Positions 24,107 to 37,264 of a stretch of 64,000 nt of DNA are shown piece after piece (position 1 is the first letter of the stretch; the number at the start of each line of letters is the position of its first letter). This DNA comes from Phoronis australis. Lineage: Eukaryota > Animalia > Phoronida. Where the stretch lies: contig NMRA01000050.1 of assembly GCA_002633005.1 (NCBI GenBank), positions 278,207 to 342,206 of the forward strand, read 5' to 3'. The notes beneath the pieces were generated by a model. It saw nothing but the letters and a program-made list of their open reading frames with translations, made no database searches and had not been told where the DNA came from. A program made the translations under genes and the position numbers.

Positions 24107-26204
24107 CACTTACACGTTCGGGAAACCTTCATCAACTTCTCATTGCTACGACTGATCAAAGCACTATTCTTCAAAATGGGCTGAGCACTGCGTGGCCCTG
24201 AACTGTTCGCTTGCTCCATCATTTACTGTCATACCGTTGTCTGACGCACGAACCTTTACCATTTCTGGGCGAACCTGAGGGCTTTCGGAAACACAAAAAC
24301 AGAAATATTGTCTGTCTGGTTGCTATTACTGCATGTGTAACTTTTCATAATACTCAGTCGAACACAGTTTTTGAGACAACTCCGCCGGCTCAAGGCTGAT
24401 GCGGAACAACACCGACAATGGCAGATTGTGGGCTTCCACTGATGATGTGTTCGTGATATGTTCATTTCTACATTAAAAGTACACTAATTAAAGAAGACAT
24501 AAATGTTGGTATCTGAATTCAGCCAATTTATCGTACTTGATAAAATAATGTGTATGGTAGAAATTACCAAAAATTTAGAAAACTGCTGCGAGAACAGACT
24601 CTTTAGTTTGAAGTCAAATATGCAAAATATCATGTATATCATTTTGTGTCACATGGCCAATACAGGTATAATTAAGTGTTTCACTTGACTAGTACTTAGT
24701 AATTAACATAAGTTAATGAACCTTCTATTTTCTCAGTTGATCTACTGAAAATGTAGCTTTTTCCAATTTCAAGCTATTTGCGTAGATTTTACGGAATTTT
24801 AAAACCTCAAAATGTCGCGTCGGCAGCATAATCAATATCATGAAACGCATGGTGTCCACTCCAATATCTGAGAAGTTGGGTTTTTTTAGATTTAACTAAG
24901 TCATGGCAAGTAGACAATTATCTCAGTTGCGATCCTGGATTTTTTGTGGGCAGTATGAAATATACAGAAATGTCATGAAACTGGACACTGGATACAGTGT
25001 CCCACGCTAAGGAAACGCGTAACACACAATCGGCGAGTTGGGTAAAATCTCAGCTCACCATTTCGAATTTGAGGTCGCCGAATTTTGGTGCTGAGGACGT
25101 CCAATAGGTGTTGCTTGGGATACTACCCATTGTAATGCTCAGGCTGCCGCCTAGTGGTGGACCAGGTCTAGCAGGTCACGACAAAAAACGGCAAAGAAAC
25201 GCGACTGTTACAGTGAGAAACTGGGGATCTCTTAGTGTTACTTAAATTCATTAATTTCTTATGTTGTATTAGAAAGTAAGCATGCATATCATTCCGTTGT
25301 ATTCAACAACTTTATGATCAGTCATGTTGGAATAGAGCGCATTTTTCAGAATTCCCACAGATTTGGACCTACTCGCTATGTCTATGCAACTTGGCCCCAT
25401 TTTGATCGTCTGCTCATGACTTTGCTAGTCATCATCTCGGCTATCACAACTTATGTGCTAAACATCTATCGCCATGTTATGTATGCAAACATGTGTCACA
25501 AATTACTTACACCACCTACAGGGATATACCCAGGTTTCAAAACCCCACTCGTCCGCTGGGCCAATGAGCCAGAAAATCCATTCACCCAGACCAAAATTCA
25601 GTCGCCCAGTCGTTTTGCGTCGGTCACCACAAATTTGCTGCCAATGTCAATAAAAATGATTGTTTCATGCATTGGTCACCATCTACTATGGCTATTATCG
25701 CTTTTAGAAAAATAAAATGCAAAATTCCTACCAAGAAACTTTAGACATCGATGAATTTCCAGCAACGCAAGACATAGTCTTGGCGCAAAGCTATACTAAT
25801 ATGCAGCTTCGAGCGGATGTGGGTAAAAAAATGACCAGATAAAATCTGACACAAAATTAGCATCATTAAAAACTACGCTCTTGCTTGAGTACACAAAATT
25901 ATTTACCGTTCTTGAAAAAGTTGATGTTATACCGTTATTCTGCTAAACTTGTGGCACGATCTTTTGCGTCGGCTTTCAGCGCCATGAAATGTTGCGTCAC
26001 CCATTAGCTAGTTTCTTTTTTTGCCAATTCTTCAATCAACTGTTGTTCATTCACGAGGTTGCGTACACGCCACATCAAATTATCGCAATGTGCTTCATTT
26101 CATTATAAGTTTTTAATATCTTATTACCACAAAACATAATTTCAGAACAAATTTTGTTGCTGCGAAGCTGTGACCATCTCCCAAGAGATTCGCAAAACTT
26201 TAAT

Positions 26205-26510
26205 GAAGGGTGGGCATGTCACGAGCGTACGGTTTTCAAAATGACGAAATAGTTTGCTTTGTTACAAAAGGCGGAGAATTGCATAAGAAAATGACGTTTA
26301 TTAGATTGTTCTTCACTTAAACTGCTGTATTGGGCTAGGTGAGTATCGGTTAACTCCCAAATTTTGCATGTTTCCTTGCCGGTCTTTAGCTCCACATGTT
26401 GATACTAGTTTCATGGCGAGGTGACAAGCAGAACTACCCAGGCTGTGTGCACTTTCAAGGTCTGTCGGAGCTCAACACACAGCAGTACCTAGCTGTATTT
26501 TGACTAGGGT
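26205..26510 (+). mobile_element. Diverged relative of the interior of the Helitron at 48669-49615
   Basis: Shares GTCACGAG..GTTTTCAAAA..GTTACAA..GGCGGAGAA and TACCTAGCTG with 49235-49440. Confidence 0.55.
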
Positions 26511-27299
26511 CTTCCTACAGATAGCTGGCTGTCTAGCCACGCAAGACGATACGTCATCCAACACAGTAACTACATTTTAATTAAAATTGCATGTCGTTTT
26601 CTGTGTCTTGAAATCAGAGCCGCCCTTTCTAACAATCTGCACGTTTAATCTCGCCTTCTCTTGTTTTCCTCATAATTTGCATGATGGTTTCTTTTTTCCG
26701 CTGTAGTTTACCTAGAAGGATTTCGGACTCCCTCTCAAAACATCACATCACATTGTTCTGTTTGACAAATGAAAATGAGAACACCCAAGGCGATAGCACG
26801 TGCACCAGTCATGCTCAAGTCAGCGGACATGTCATGATTCTGTCTCGCGTGTGGACTAGAACAGTTTTCAAGGGGTGGGAATAGTACTCATTGTCTTGCC
26901 AGTGACCACACCGATTAACGTTGTGCTGTACTGTACTGATAAATCACATGGCTAGATCCAAAATACCCGTACGGAAAGTCTTTGCACCTGGAAATCTTAT
27001 GGCTGCACCAAATAGACTCTTTATGATCAATCTAGCTAAAAATTGCGATATTTTATTTTGCTAATAATTATACCAAATTAAAATTTATATGTGATTTCAA
27101 TGTTAATTATTAAATAATTTTGGCTTAGATTACACTGTACAATAAGAAGTCAGTTCCAAGAAATATGGAATTTCACTCGCTGTGAGCACATGGACCCTCT
27201 TTTTCTTAGTTTTGGACAAGTCCACAAACTCCTTTGTGCATAACCACACACTGGGGCCTTTTGACAAATCACAACGGTTAACATCTACTGACTTGGTAG

Positions 27300-27382
27300 G
27301 AGCGCACTGTCGTTTTTTTTACTGTTGGAGCATCCAGACGCGGACCAAACTTAACCTTAAATTCATGATAAAAACAGCACAG
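27300..27382 (+). other. Candidate non-coding first exon of the COBL-like gene
   Basis: Strong donor CAG|GTAAGA at 27382/27383, near the end of the CpG-richer zone. The start coordinate is arbitrary. Confidence 0.3.
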
Positions 27383-27599
27383 GTAAGAGAAAATTTATTG
27401 ATTTTCATCTGGGAAATGATAGGATGTTTATTACGCTTAAAAAATTCGCTCACCACCTGCACGACTGGCAAGTGAACTTCTACTCGTGTAGGACTATTTT
27501 TACTCACAAATTGGCATCTGGGCAAGTGGCTAAGTATCCCTGCACCTACACTCCATTCACACACACAAGTGCACTGAGATAAGTGCTAACAATCTTTCC

Positions 27600-28375
27600 T
27601 GAAACTGAGATTCACCCACCGTCTTTTCTCATTGCCACGGAGCTCTGTTCTAAAAATGGTGTTCTAAAAATTGAAGACAATGACTTTCATACGGGTCCGG
27701 CTAACACTTCCCCCTAGTGGCAATTTCTTTTTTTTCTGTTTTCCTCCGTTTCTCTAAAGTTCCTCGACAAATTTTCGTGAAATTTGTTAAATAGCTTTCT
27801 TTTAAAGAAACGGTGACATTTTGCGGTTTTTCAGACAGATTCGATGTATTTTGCTCCATCTAGTGGCCATTTATACTGTTTTATAGTGTGTTTTTGGCAT
27901 CTGCCCGCTGTCAACTAAACCACTCTTAGGGTTATTGTGAAAGTTGGCTTATATATTATTAGTATGAAGAGGACGGTGGACGATGCTTTTCCAGCTTCAA
28001 TTACTGTGGCGCCTCCTAGTGGCAGTTTTTTTTTGTATCTTCTCAGCCGTCTGCAGAATGTTTATTAAATTTAGCAAATGTATTTACATGACGTTGACAA
28101 CGGAAGACGACAACTTTCAGACAGATCCGATGAACGCTTTGTCACCTAGTGGCAATTTCATTTTTTCCGTTTTGCTACAGTTTCTTGACGGATTTTCATG
28201 AAATGTGGTAAATAAGCTTCTGTTAAAAAACGATGACATTTTCCAACTTTTTGATGGATTCAAAGTATTTTGCACTATCTAGTGGCCATTTTTATGATAC
28301 AAATATACACCCTAGAAGCACACCGTTTGTAGTGCATTCATGGGCACATTTCCATGCTCCAGGTTGTTCTTGTTT
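27600..28375 (-). mobile_element. Repeat element (HINE/Helentron-like) with ~140-bp internal units, each carrying a CTCF-like motif
   Basis: CTAGTGGC recurs with TAGTGG at 27715, 27861, 28017, 28147 and 28280. There is a higher-order ~430-bp duplication, and the element ends in GGGCAC..GCTCC..TTCTTGTTT. Confidence 0.6.
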
Positions 28376-31300
28376 GAGCTTATTAGTACACCCCACTGCA
28401 CAGCAGTGAAAATTTGTCAGCCATGAAAGTGGGAAAGGTTGTAAAATGCTGATAATACAAGTAGGTTGAACCTCCCGTCTGCATTACATGGGTTCTGTAG
28501 GTGGAGCTGACTGCCTGTCCACCAAAAGCCTGATCGCTGTATGGCGGGATAGTAAATAAATTCAATATGGTGTGGCTACTTAAAAAATCAGCTATTGGCT
28601 GATAGGCCTATTAGGACGGTTTTCATGAGAAAAATGTTTAGCCTGCCTCTTAAACCTGGGCACTACAGGCATTGCTAGTACAAGGACTGAGAAAACCTAA
28701 ACAGTGGTGTTATCTCAGGAACTGTGTTGTTTACTTACCTATTGTGTCCCTGTTTTGTAATCAAATATAATGAGAGGCTGGCCACAATAGATCATATTTA
28801 CACTGGTGACACGTTCAAGGTTCCTTTGTATTTGTCTTTGTTTTTTACTTGGAGGGTGTGCAGATTTAGTGAGCATGTTAAATTGATGGTTGAAGTGGTG
28901 GGAATTTAGTAGCTATTTGCTGGCTGATGTGTCTTAACTGCATTCCTTATCATACTTGTCTTTATTAGTTTATGCAATCATGATGTAAATTTTCTGGAAC
29001 ATAGGTGCACTTGGAAAGATTTTCTCTGCCCCTGATTATCAAGATTCAACAGTTTCTCCTTCCCTTAACAATGCTCCCTATGTGATAGCCAGCCTGGAGC
29101 TAGCTGTATGAAGACTACGTGAGTGGTTTATTTCTCTAATGCCTTTCCTTTGTTTTCCATTAGATACTGCACTGCCCACATTTTTCTCGTCTTACCTGAA
29201 TTTGCTCCAAGTCTGAGGGAAAACAAATCTTAAAAACCATGCGCTCGCGTCAGATTCAGGGAAGGTCTCTTTGTATAGCTGCGGTGTGTGAAAAATCCTG
29301 CGTCATTTTTTCTTGAATCTGGTCCAGGGATTTACTTTTTTTAAAGCAAATACCTCACTTTAGCATTTCTATTAAATAGCAGAAAAAAACAAATGGTGAT
29401 TTTAGGGTTACATAATTAAATTGGCCTAAAACGGAACATAGTGAAGACAGCTGCACATAAGAATCTGGCGTGTTGTTCTGGAAAAGGTTCACGATGAGGA
29501 AGGGTGACATTATGTGGTGGTCGGTTTGAAATGCGGAACTGAGACTGTGGCACATAGAGCATATCTACGGGTTACCTCATACATCCTTATGTACATATTT
29601 TTTCACCCTTAGAAAATTTCTATGGTCTATTTACATCAGCTTCTTGTTCTACATTTCCACATATTTAATATTTGTTGCTCAATTTGTACTATCTGGAAAC
29701 AATATTTGGTAAAAATACCATTATTTGCCTAGCTAGGTTATCAGCATTTGAAATGGAAAAGTGACAATTTTGGTAATTATTTTTGTGGAAAATTAGTTGA
29801 GAATTACCGTGGGTCCTGTTGTTCCCAGTATACCTGAGTTTTTGCAATGCAGATTATCTTTTCGGATGCAGGGAGATTTACTTTAGCTTGGACTGAAACA
29901 GTGCCAAGCAAGACAATCTGAGGGAGGCTGGCGGAAGCTTAATAGTTAAGTAAACCTGGTTGCTTGTGATAAGATAACCTGAATTACAATGTAGACATTT
30001 ACCTGAATTTTTGATGCTGTAACAGCAGATGTTGGTCCACAGAGGTCAGTGTGAACTCTGTTAATGGCAATACACATTCCTGTCATGAATAGATGACACT
30101 GTAATGACCCATGGCTTTAATATGGATAAGAGCCCTCATAAATCTTCCTGGTGTTACTTTCCTCTTCTCACATTTAGAATACTTCCATTTCAAAATAGCC
30201 TCATATTCTTTGCCTGAAATTTTAAAGAAGGGGGTTTCTGTGGTTGCTTGAGTCAGGGTTCTGTGTATACAGAAACGTCAGGTGAAAATTCAGACTGCAC
30301 ATCATTAGATGAGTGTGAGGTCTGATCGGCTACAACTGTAGCTGTCATACCTAAGCCAAAGTTCAAGGGCTGTTTTTGTGTTGGGATATATAGTTACAAT
30401 GATACTGGATGAGGTAGGTCATGTGCACAGGCTTATAGTCATTGACCACCATAACACATTCATTGTAGATTGCATGGTGATTATTCAATTCTTTCACACT
30501 CTATACTCTGCCTTCCCACTCAAGGTTTCATATGACCAACCAGCATGGCTGAATCATCACAGATGTCACTGTTCAGGTGTCCATGTGGGGAAGTAGTGAC
30601 CACTTTCTGGCTACTTGTTTCTGCCCCTTTGCTTTCTCATTTGTTGTAATAGTAGGTTCACATGTGTGCAAAAAACTGTGATGGCAAATTTTCAGTGTCA
30701 AAAACTTTCTTTTTTAGCTAGAAAGGTGGTGTCAATTGAGGGGTCATTTTCACCTGCAGTTAGTTATTTTGTCACCTCTTGAATTGCTTTCAAACCGAAA
30801 ATTGCTGTACAGCTTTCCGTCACTGCTGTAACAGGAACGGGAATACTGTCTACCGGTATTTGTTGAGCCATGAGACTGTATATCAGTGTCCACTCCTTAA
30901 ATTTAGGATTTGGAATAAATATATCTCATTAATGGCACTCCCAGTGAAGAATTGCATACACTGTTTGGATGTTGCATTTTACTCCAGGCACTTGAATTAT
31001 CCCTAATTAATTATTCGTAATTAATTATCCCTAATTTATTTTTGGGCTGGTGAGATGACTTACAAATATACTGACAAAGAAAATTAGATTCCTTCGGATC
31101 TTGCTTCTATACTCAGACTAAACAGAGTAAACTAGTTCGATTAAAGTGTCTGAAGACTAAGTATTTTGTACTTCAATAGTTTTGGACTCAAATTATTGTG
31201 TATGTCTCTAAAGATTCAATCTTGAACAATATTACTTTGTCTTTTGGACTTTTGACTTAGATAATGACTTGTGATGAGCATGTGCTTTAACTATCATTTC

Positions 31301-32704
31301 ATAATTTTTGTATAATTTAATAAACTCACTTATTATATCAGTCACTTGACATGAAGTCACATTTTGAGACTTAGCAGAAATCCCAGGTCACCAAATGAAG
31401 TCTGAGGTCATCAAATCTGAAGTCAAAATCAACTAAAAAGGTTGTGCCCCCTACTCCGTTCTCAAAACTTATAAATCTCTAAATCAATTCCTCCTTCCAA
31501 AAAAAAATCTCACCCAAAGGCATCTGTGCCTTCTGGGGTGAGCAGAAAATTCTACCCGAAATCACCATCAATAGCACTCCCATCCCTACCCCTGGTGCAT
31601 AGGCTCTGCCTTAGATAGCCAATACTAACTTTTTGTGATGTTTCAAATTGTCACCTGTGTGAGCTACTAGTGATTGGATCCATGAAGTGAGTTTTTGGGC
31701 CACGTGAGGGGAATTTCAGATGATTTTTTAATATTTTTCGGAGGGCAATGGAGTCTAAGTTCGGCCCCAAAATGGAGGGATTGAGGGCCCGGAATTATAG
31801 TAGTATGTAAACACCTCCTGCATTTAAAAATGTTTCATGAAAAAATAGAAAGCTCCCTGAACAAATCCATCATTAAAAAATAAGCTTATCTACATCAGCA
31901 AAATTCAAAAATATGGAATGCAAGTTGCTGACTTCATTATAGTTTTCTACTTATTTGAATTCCTAATATGACTGCCATTGAAGTGATTGGTTGGTGTGGC
32001 TGAGATATTTGATTGTAGGAGAATGATTAGATTAATCACTCCATAAGCAAAGGTTTCTCCATTCACCATTGTTTTCATTCCTCTCCCAACTTGTTAAGGT
32101 ATGGGCTTCTCACTGCACCTTGAAGAGATTTTATGCATGAAAAGTAATATGGAATTTCTTTATCCAGTAGCTGGCACAATGGCTGTGTAATACCTCTGAG
32201 AAAATGGATAGACCATAGTCAACCAACTTACTCCAGGTTTTATAAATACTTGCCTATTGTTACTGAAACCCTCCACATTGATGTTTGCCACTTCCTTTTT
32301 TCCCCTGTGGGCACTGCCAGTTCATTGATAAATATCTGAATAAGTGATAAAATCTCCTTCACAGTTGTTTGCATAGCAGTTGGGACAAAGAGGCCTGAGC
32401 TGGAGTCTATCACCTTGTCTCCTGGTTCAGCTGGTTTTCTTTCACTGGCTTCTGGTCTGTACAGCAATGTTCTTTGAAGGATCTGTCTCCATGCACAGCC
32501 TGTTTGTAAGAACTTGTGACTCGTGGCCAGCATTCTCCACAACCTCTTTTGTCTCGTTACTGCTGCGTCCAAGTTTGAATTTTGTTGTGACTAGTTTGTC
32601 TTACTTGTGTGGTTTGATTACCTATGTATTACCTATGCATCGAATTTGAAGTGTTGGGAGATTAGTCATTCCTTAAGCAAGTTAGGACATTTTGTGTTTT
32701 TGGC

Positions 32705-32840
32705 ACATGGTCTCAGGTCTGTACAATACATTTATTCCAAGACGCAACACACTAACTCCCCACAGTATGGTACATGGTCTCAGGTCTGTACAATACATTT
32801 ATTCTAAAACGCAACACACTAACTCCCCACAGTAAGGTAC
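32705..32840. repeat. 67-bp direct tandem duplication
   Basis: ACATGGTCTCAGGTCTGTACAATACATTTATTC... at 32705 and 32772. Confidence 0.9.
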
Positions 32841-34648
32841 TTCAGTTGGACTTTCAAACATGCTCATGAATTCTGTGATTGTTGTCATGTTTGAACTTTC
32901 TGTTGTGGAAAACTCTGGCCACCTATTTGAAAAATAGTGTCCAATGTGGAAAAGCCATTGCCATCATTAACACTGGTGACATTCCCGTGTATTTTGTAAT
33001 TCCAGAAATATTTCAGGAAGCAAATACACACGATTAATTCCACACAGTCTTGTCTCTAAAGGATTCATGAATTCCAGAAATTTCTGTCAGCCCTATTGGC
33101 AGACACGGACACTACACAGTCTGTGCAGTATGTAACATAACGCTAAATCGTCGTGAGAGACCGTCCGGAGTTGGTACATGGTGCAACTCCGCACAGTCTG
33201 GGGTCAACAGAAAACCACAGTTCAACTGTGAGTCTACACCAATGTGATAAACGAGAGTAGTTCTACTTGCTGCGTCAGCTGCAGGTATGCTCATCTCTTT
33301 TATGACACACAATGTGTGACTGGGCAAAGCGTTTTCAAAATAATGTGGATAAATCAGTGGAGTGTGAGACCCCTGAAGTCCCTGTCAAGTCCTCACAACA
33401 ATTCTACGTTATGCGCATGCACCAAGACCAGTGATTGTATGATACATAACGATTCAGCAGAATTTTACTTTGATCAACAATCCACTAAAAGTAATGAATA
33501 CTTTTCCTGTTATTAATCCAGCGAAACTTGGTAGAACTCAAAATCTGGGCAAATTCGTGTCTCATTGGAAAAAAATCTTAGAAAAATTTGCTTGACAAGT
33601 AACCAGGATTTTTCCACCAATTTTCACTTGTTGATATGACACTCCTGCTTTTGAACTTCTACAGCTTAACAACAACAGGCCATAGTCTCAATCTGGAGTG
33701 GAGGCCAAGTTGTCAGTTAGGCAGAACTGAATGTATATTTGCACAGCAGTCTTCACAATACTATGACCACTGCATGCAAACAGTGCATTTGTTGGTGCTT
33801 GTGTGCTTCTGGCCCATTAGTGTTTTCAGTTGTGGAGAGCACTGAATATATGAGACATTGGTTACATCTAAGTTTTGTGTTGGGGGATCTGTGTGCAGTT
33901 TTCCAGTTCAATTTTCCTTTCCTCTATGCCTTTGAGGGCTGATAGTTGCCCAGTTTTAATTTGCAATGTTAACTGGTTAAAAGTTTATACTTGGTGTTTT
34001 AGGAATCCTGTTACAACAGGTGTCAAAGTCAGGTGTGTCCTAATAATTGGCTATGTTGTTTGTGCCATATCTTAATTCTAGATTATCATAGATTAATCAC
34101 CAGTTATTATTTACCTTGTGAAACGGAGTGGATGTAATTTTCTCAGAATGCCAAACAGGGAGTATAGGTTATGAGTGTATGACTCTTGGCCATGTTTGTG
34201 GGTGTGAGATATCAAAGAGATCATTTGTTACCGTATCGCGGTGTCTGCTGTATGACTTACTTTAGAAGGTTTTACTGTGCATCCACTTCACTCAACAGCC
34301 AGGGCGCTACTAGTACTAGAACCTGATGTCAGAAGACAAAAAACAAAGGCACAATATTGGCTTTACTCTCAAGTCATAGCTTTCTTGATGGGGCAGATAC
34401 TCAGAACTTATATACTTAAAACTTCACACATTCTTGAATCCCAAGCAGTTCCTCTCTTATAAAAACTGCAGACTGACAAACTTCCAAACTTTGAGAGATC
34501 TGGTGTATTTATCTGTGTTAGTCAAATACAAGAAATTGAAAGTCTGGTGGTACAAAATTACTTTTCTTTAACCAAAATTCATTCATCTCTGCAATGCAAA
34601 ATATGACTGTCAATGGGGCCCTCATGTGTAACCTTGTTTTTGTTTCAG

Positions 34649-34701
34649 ATTGGAACTTATAGTTGATGTCATGGCTGCATAATTCTGCAACAGTCCAAGG
34701 G
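34649..34701 (+). other. Candidate 5'-UTR exon of the COBL-like gene
   Basis: Acceptor CCTTGTTTTTGTTTCAG| and donor GG|GTAAGT flank a 53-nt segment. Confidence 0.5.
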
Positions 34702-34795
34702 GTAAGTTAAAGTTCTTCCATCTTTGCCATTAATTCCTTTTACACAGTGTTTAGCACCTGCTTAATGTGTTAATGCCCCAACCAACGTGTCGTCA

Positions 34796-35889
34796 CAGTG
34801 CCTGACGCTTAGCTAAACACCAAGTCGCATTTAGCGACCTCGCAGAAATCCCAGTCGCCAAACAAAAACTGAAGCTGCCAAAATTGAAAACGAAATCATC
34901 AGGGCCAATGAATTAGGTTTCCTGTTGGCCGTAAATTTTCGTCAAGCAAAAATGGTGGTATGGCTTGTAACAGCACCCATTTCCTTGTGCTTCTCTAATT
35001 TTCACTGTAGACGTTTGTACATTCAGTCTCTTCTAGTAACTTCCTTATTCCACTTGCCGACTGATGAGCAGCATAAGAAGCATACAACCGCATAGCCTGG
35101 TGACGTGAATTTCGCCGATCTTGCCCAATTTTTATCGAACAATTTCGACTTCTGTCTGTTTACCTCATGTTGTAATTTAAACGTGGTGGCAACTGTGTTC
35201 AATTCACGAAATAAATAAAAACAACTATTAGTAATTTAAAGTTGGGAAGTCAACACTAACCTTGAAACGAATTTAGGGAGAAATATTGTCTAACTTTGAT
35301 ACTCGCAATGGCGACCTCGTGGCGACTTGGAATTTTTCTAGTGTCACCAAACACAATCTGTGGTCACAGATCACCAAATCGAGCGCTGCATCAGTTGTGA
35401 AAAAAGTTTATCGCCTGCATGGCTGCATCTTGTTTGAAAAAATATAAACCAGTTTAGAAAAAGGAGGAGACAGTGTAGCTCAGTGGTTTGAGCTCCGTAC
35501 TCCTGTTTGGGAGACCCAGGCTCGAATCATGGCCTCACTGGCAGACAATTGAGCGTTGCACAAAGGTGTCTCCTACACCTCTGAGCTCGGTTTTACTAGT
35601 TAGTGAATGTAGGGCAGGGGGTGAATGCAAAAGCAATCAGACGTTGAAACATGTTCCTCCAGTGCATCCGATCGTCTGCATTCTTCGTTGACAGGAGAGA
35701 TTGAATTGAATGGTGCATATTTTTATGGAGAGAATTGGAAGGGATACACGTATCTGTTTTAGAACGGAGTGCGACACAAGGTTTTGTCAATGAATTTCAT
35801 GTCAGTTTTGGCGACCTCCGATTTTATTAGGAGACCTGGGATTTTCGCGAAGTCGCATTTCGCAACCTGGCTACAAGCTACAAGCACAG
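34796..35889. mobile_element. hAT-like non-autonomous element with GGCGACC/AGTCGC subterminal motifs
   Basis: CAGTGCCTG..TAGC at left and GCTA..CAAGCACAG at right, with inverted subterminal blocks. Related sequences at about 25530-25640, 31370-31430 and 59772-60317. Confidence 0.55.
35464..35690 (+). mobile_element. tRNA-derived SINE nested in the hAT-like element
   Basis: A box TAGCTCAGTGG at 35476-35486 and B box GGCTCGAATCA at 35519-35529, followed by a non-tRNA body. Confidence 0.65.
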
Positions 35890-36240
35890 CCTTTATCACT
35901 CAAGCCATGTATAACTTTAAATTGGGCTTCTGTATTCTCCACAACTGAAAAGCCAAACATATTGCAACTGCAGAAACGACCGACAAATGTGCTGGATGAC
36001 GTTGAACTGGTCCATGCGACTTGATGTTCTGGAATATTTAACAAAGGACTAAACTTCCATGAATTAAAACTTTTTGCATCGTGTTCGTCCTTGGTGAACC
36101 AAACTTTTAATAGCACAAAGACAGCCCCCCTTAGCTGTTCCGACATGAGGAACAGCTATAATGGTGCGAGTTGTCACAGCACAACTTGCTCTAAATCTAC
36201 TTTAGTCGCATTATTACATGACAAATGATTAACCTGGATC

Positions 36241-36572
36241 AGCATAAATCAGTTATACAAGGACTGTCTGCATATGTAGCATAAATCATTTATACAAGGA
36301 CTGTCTGCATATGCATCATAAATCATTTATACAAGGACTGTCTGCATAAGCAGCATCAATCATTTATTCAAGGACTGTCTGCATAAGCAGCATAAATCAT
36401 TTACACAAGGACTGTCTGCATATGTAGCATAAATCATTTATACAAGGACTGTCTGCATATGCAACATAGATCATTTATACAAGGACTGTCTGTATATGCG
36501 GCATAAATCATTATACAAGGACTGTCTGCATATGAAGCATAAACCATTTATACAAGGACTGTCTGCATATGC
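36241..36572. repeat. 37-bp minisatellite, about 9 copies
   Basis: Unit GCATAAATCATTTATACAAGGACTGTCTGCATATGTA. Confidence 0.97.
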
Positions 36573-37264
36573 TTGTGTAAGTAATAGCCAATGTCCAAAC
36601 CATGTGGCATGCCAGTGGATCACCCATATATGTATTTTATTGTGCAAGAGAGATGATCCCGTCCTCCTTGCCCCAGTTTGTGTTTACATGTGTAGCCGAC
36701 CCTGGAACAACGGATTGAGTACAACTTGCTCTACCTCTCAAACCGGTGTCAAAAATGGCTGCCGTGCCGTGAACTTGCTCTGTGTCTGTTGTGTTGATGC
36801 ACACTCTCTCCCTCTTCTGTGTTAGTGCTTCGTGACAACTGTCTCCCATGTAAATGCGACTCCTGAGACATAGATCGGCGAGTGAGTCTTCAGTCTTTGA
36901 TCTAACAAATAAATGTTGGTATTAAAATCAATCTAAAGTTTTTTTAAGTTTTTCTAAATGTTTAAATTGAGCCCAACTCAAGTATAACCTGTAATGAAGG
37001 CAGGTGCATATGTTATGACATTGTAATCTATCCCTTGCACAGCTGGTGCAGATCAATTTGTATTTTAGGTACGCTTGCACACATGCATCACATACACACG
37101 CAGGCAGAAACACCAGGCTTCATAGAACAGCAACATGATGTAAAATGTTGGATTAATCAATTAATCCAGTTAATTATCTGTTTATCTCGTTATTGATTAT
37201 AGGCTTATTAGTAATTGAAACAGAATGGCGACCACAATGACATGGTGACATGGGTATTGTGTTA

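Noticed and set aside
32060-32572. Minus-strand stretch that looks partly coding (110-aa ORF plus adjacent frames)
   Set aside because: No family motif recognised and no consistent splice model. It may be a decayed transposon but cannot be supported without BLASTX.
35470-35540. Possible tRNA gene
   Set aside because: A and B boxes are present, but there is no convincing cloverleaf or acceptor stem and it continues into a SINE-like body.
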